Shown: positions 62,665 to 64,000 of the stretch, one piece after another
Layout of the letters: each line of letters opens with the position of its first letter
Position numbering within the stretch: position 1 is the first letter of the stretch
Source of the DNA: Diadema antillarum
Taxonomy: Eukaryota
Reading direction: 5' to 3'
Length of the DNA: 64,000 nucleotides
NCBI RefSeq assembly: GCF_040938485.1
Contig: NW_027271598.1
Span: 3,100,001 to 3,164,000 of the forward strand
Program-made: the position numbers and the translations under genes
The notes under the pieces: generated by a model
The model's database searches: none
Told to the model about the DNA's origin: nothing
Seen by the model: only the letters and a program-made list of their open reading frames with translations

Positions 62665-62795
62665 CTGTTAGAAGAGTCATAAACAGCGTAATTAATGTCT
62701 GAAACACGGATGATTAAACTTCAGGTTATCAGCCTCAACTACACACGAATACAGACAGATTAAAGGATGAAAAATGAATGACATCTGTTATTAAC

Positions 62796-62852
<57 letters not shown>

Positions 62853-62855
<3 letters not shown>

Positions 62856-63179
62856 GGCTCGACACTAACGGTGGCCCGGTGGCCCGGGGCCACCAAAAAT
62901 GAAAGTCGGGCCACCAAATTTCAGAAAAGGGCAAATTTGGTGGCCCACCTCGGGCCACCAAAATTTTTTGAAAAGTGTGTCAATAAATTCGTAACTTTTT
63001 GCGCCGGAAATGCATAAATGCATGCAGAGAGTGTGCGACTTATTCAAAAAAAAAATGGACTTTTATCAATTTTTTTTTTCGGGCCACCAAATTTTTCTCT
63101 CGGGCCACCAAAAATTTGTAATTGATGATTTTGGTGGCCCCATCGGGCCACCGAAAAATAAAGTTAGTGTCGAGCCCTG
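62853..63179 (+). mobile_element. hAT-like MITE with 17-bp perfect TIR CAGGGCTCGACACTAAC inside a (TA)n tract
   Basis: Perfect TIRs, many GGGCCACC/GGTGGCCC subterminal motifs, (TA)n at about 62798-62852 and 63181-63222. Confidence 0.9.
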
Positions 63180-63226
<47 letters not shown>

Positions 63227-63899
63227 ACGATAGATAGATAGATAGATAGATAAATATACATATGAATAATTGTTAGTAAAAAAAAAGCACCAGGCCAAAA
63301 CGAAACTTCAGAAAAGTTCGAGGGGTAATTCTTTATCCCACAGCCATAGGAGGCATGGCCTATAATATGCTAGAAATATCATACCAACGTGCGTGTAATG
63401 CAGAGCTACTAGCTGGACATCACAGTTTACACACACAAAGACAGAAACAGGCACACACACAAACAAACAAGATAATGAAACACTAAACCTGTGGGAAAGA
63501 AATGAATATTATTTTGTGTACAAACAGTGAGTTCAAAAACCTCATTATTCAACAAAGATATACCAATCGGTGAAGAATATTTCTCTTTTTTTTCAGCGTC
63601 TTATATTTTACGTTCGTTGTTTTTTACCACTGTGTTCAGAACGTCCAGATATTACCCGTCGGTACCAATAGTTCATTTGAGTCACCGCTGAAAGTGATCG
63701 GAACCACAAAAGGGAGAACTATGTATGATATGTACAACTTGTATTCATTAAGAAATGAATACCTAACCTATCAATACAGGGAGGCTCGGTTCATCAAGAA
63801 CTAAAAAAAAAACAAAAAAAAAAACGTGGTATATATGTCTTAACTTTTCCTTCTTTTTAACAGAACAGACGCACGAGCGCAATGTAAAAATGTAATATA

Positions 63900-63903
63900 T
63901 ATA

Positions 63904-63952
<49 letters not shown>
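63900..63952. repeat. (TA)n microsatellite
   Basis: Seen directly. Confidence 0.95.
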
Positions 63953-63956
<4 letters not shown>

Positions 63957-64000
63957 TCATTATCATTATTATTGCCATTCAATATTATTAATCAAAAACA

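Noticed and set aside
1-64000. Autonomous transposase, Fanzor/TnpB, reverse transcriptase, rRNA, snRNA or CRISPR system
   Set aside because: I saw no DDE, RuvC, YxDD or Rep/helicase motifs in any frame examined and no recognisable structural RNA gene. Small gaps could hide short features.

Overview
Eukaryotic, AT-rich animal genomic DNA with seven N-gaps. The repeat landscape suggests a marine invertebrate deuterostome such as a sea urchin, but this is inference. The one secure gene is the 3' part of a phosphorylase kinase regulatory subunit alpha gene (PHKA1/2-like, + strand). I traced 11 coding exons by hand from about 3984 to the stop at 36042. All splice phases are consistent, giving about 533 codons that end in a CaaX box (CKVS). 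The gene has one GC-AG intron (9495-11185) and a 21.3-kb last intron; the other nine introns are 0.4-2.1 kb. Most of the remaining sequence is short non-autonomous transposons: TTAA-flanked Kolobok-like and piggyBac-like MITEs, CA..TG elements with 5-bp and 6-bp TSDs, Harbinger-like and CACTA-like MITEs, a Helentron-type HINE nested in a Kolobok-like MITE, a tRNA-derived SINE and microsatellites. After about 44 kb the DNA becomes CpG-retaining and gap-rich. That part holds an orphan exon with RGS-domain-like motifs (52018-52152), unassigned minus-strand ORFs (45937-46513, 62248-62664) and an RFX X-box/AP-1 cluster (58841-58974). I found no CRISPR, rRNA, true tRNA or autonomous transposase, and I cannot support a claim of a wholly new biological system. 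The best leads are listed as findings. Most ORFs in the supplied track are noise from repeats, microsatellites or gaps.
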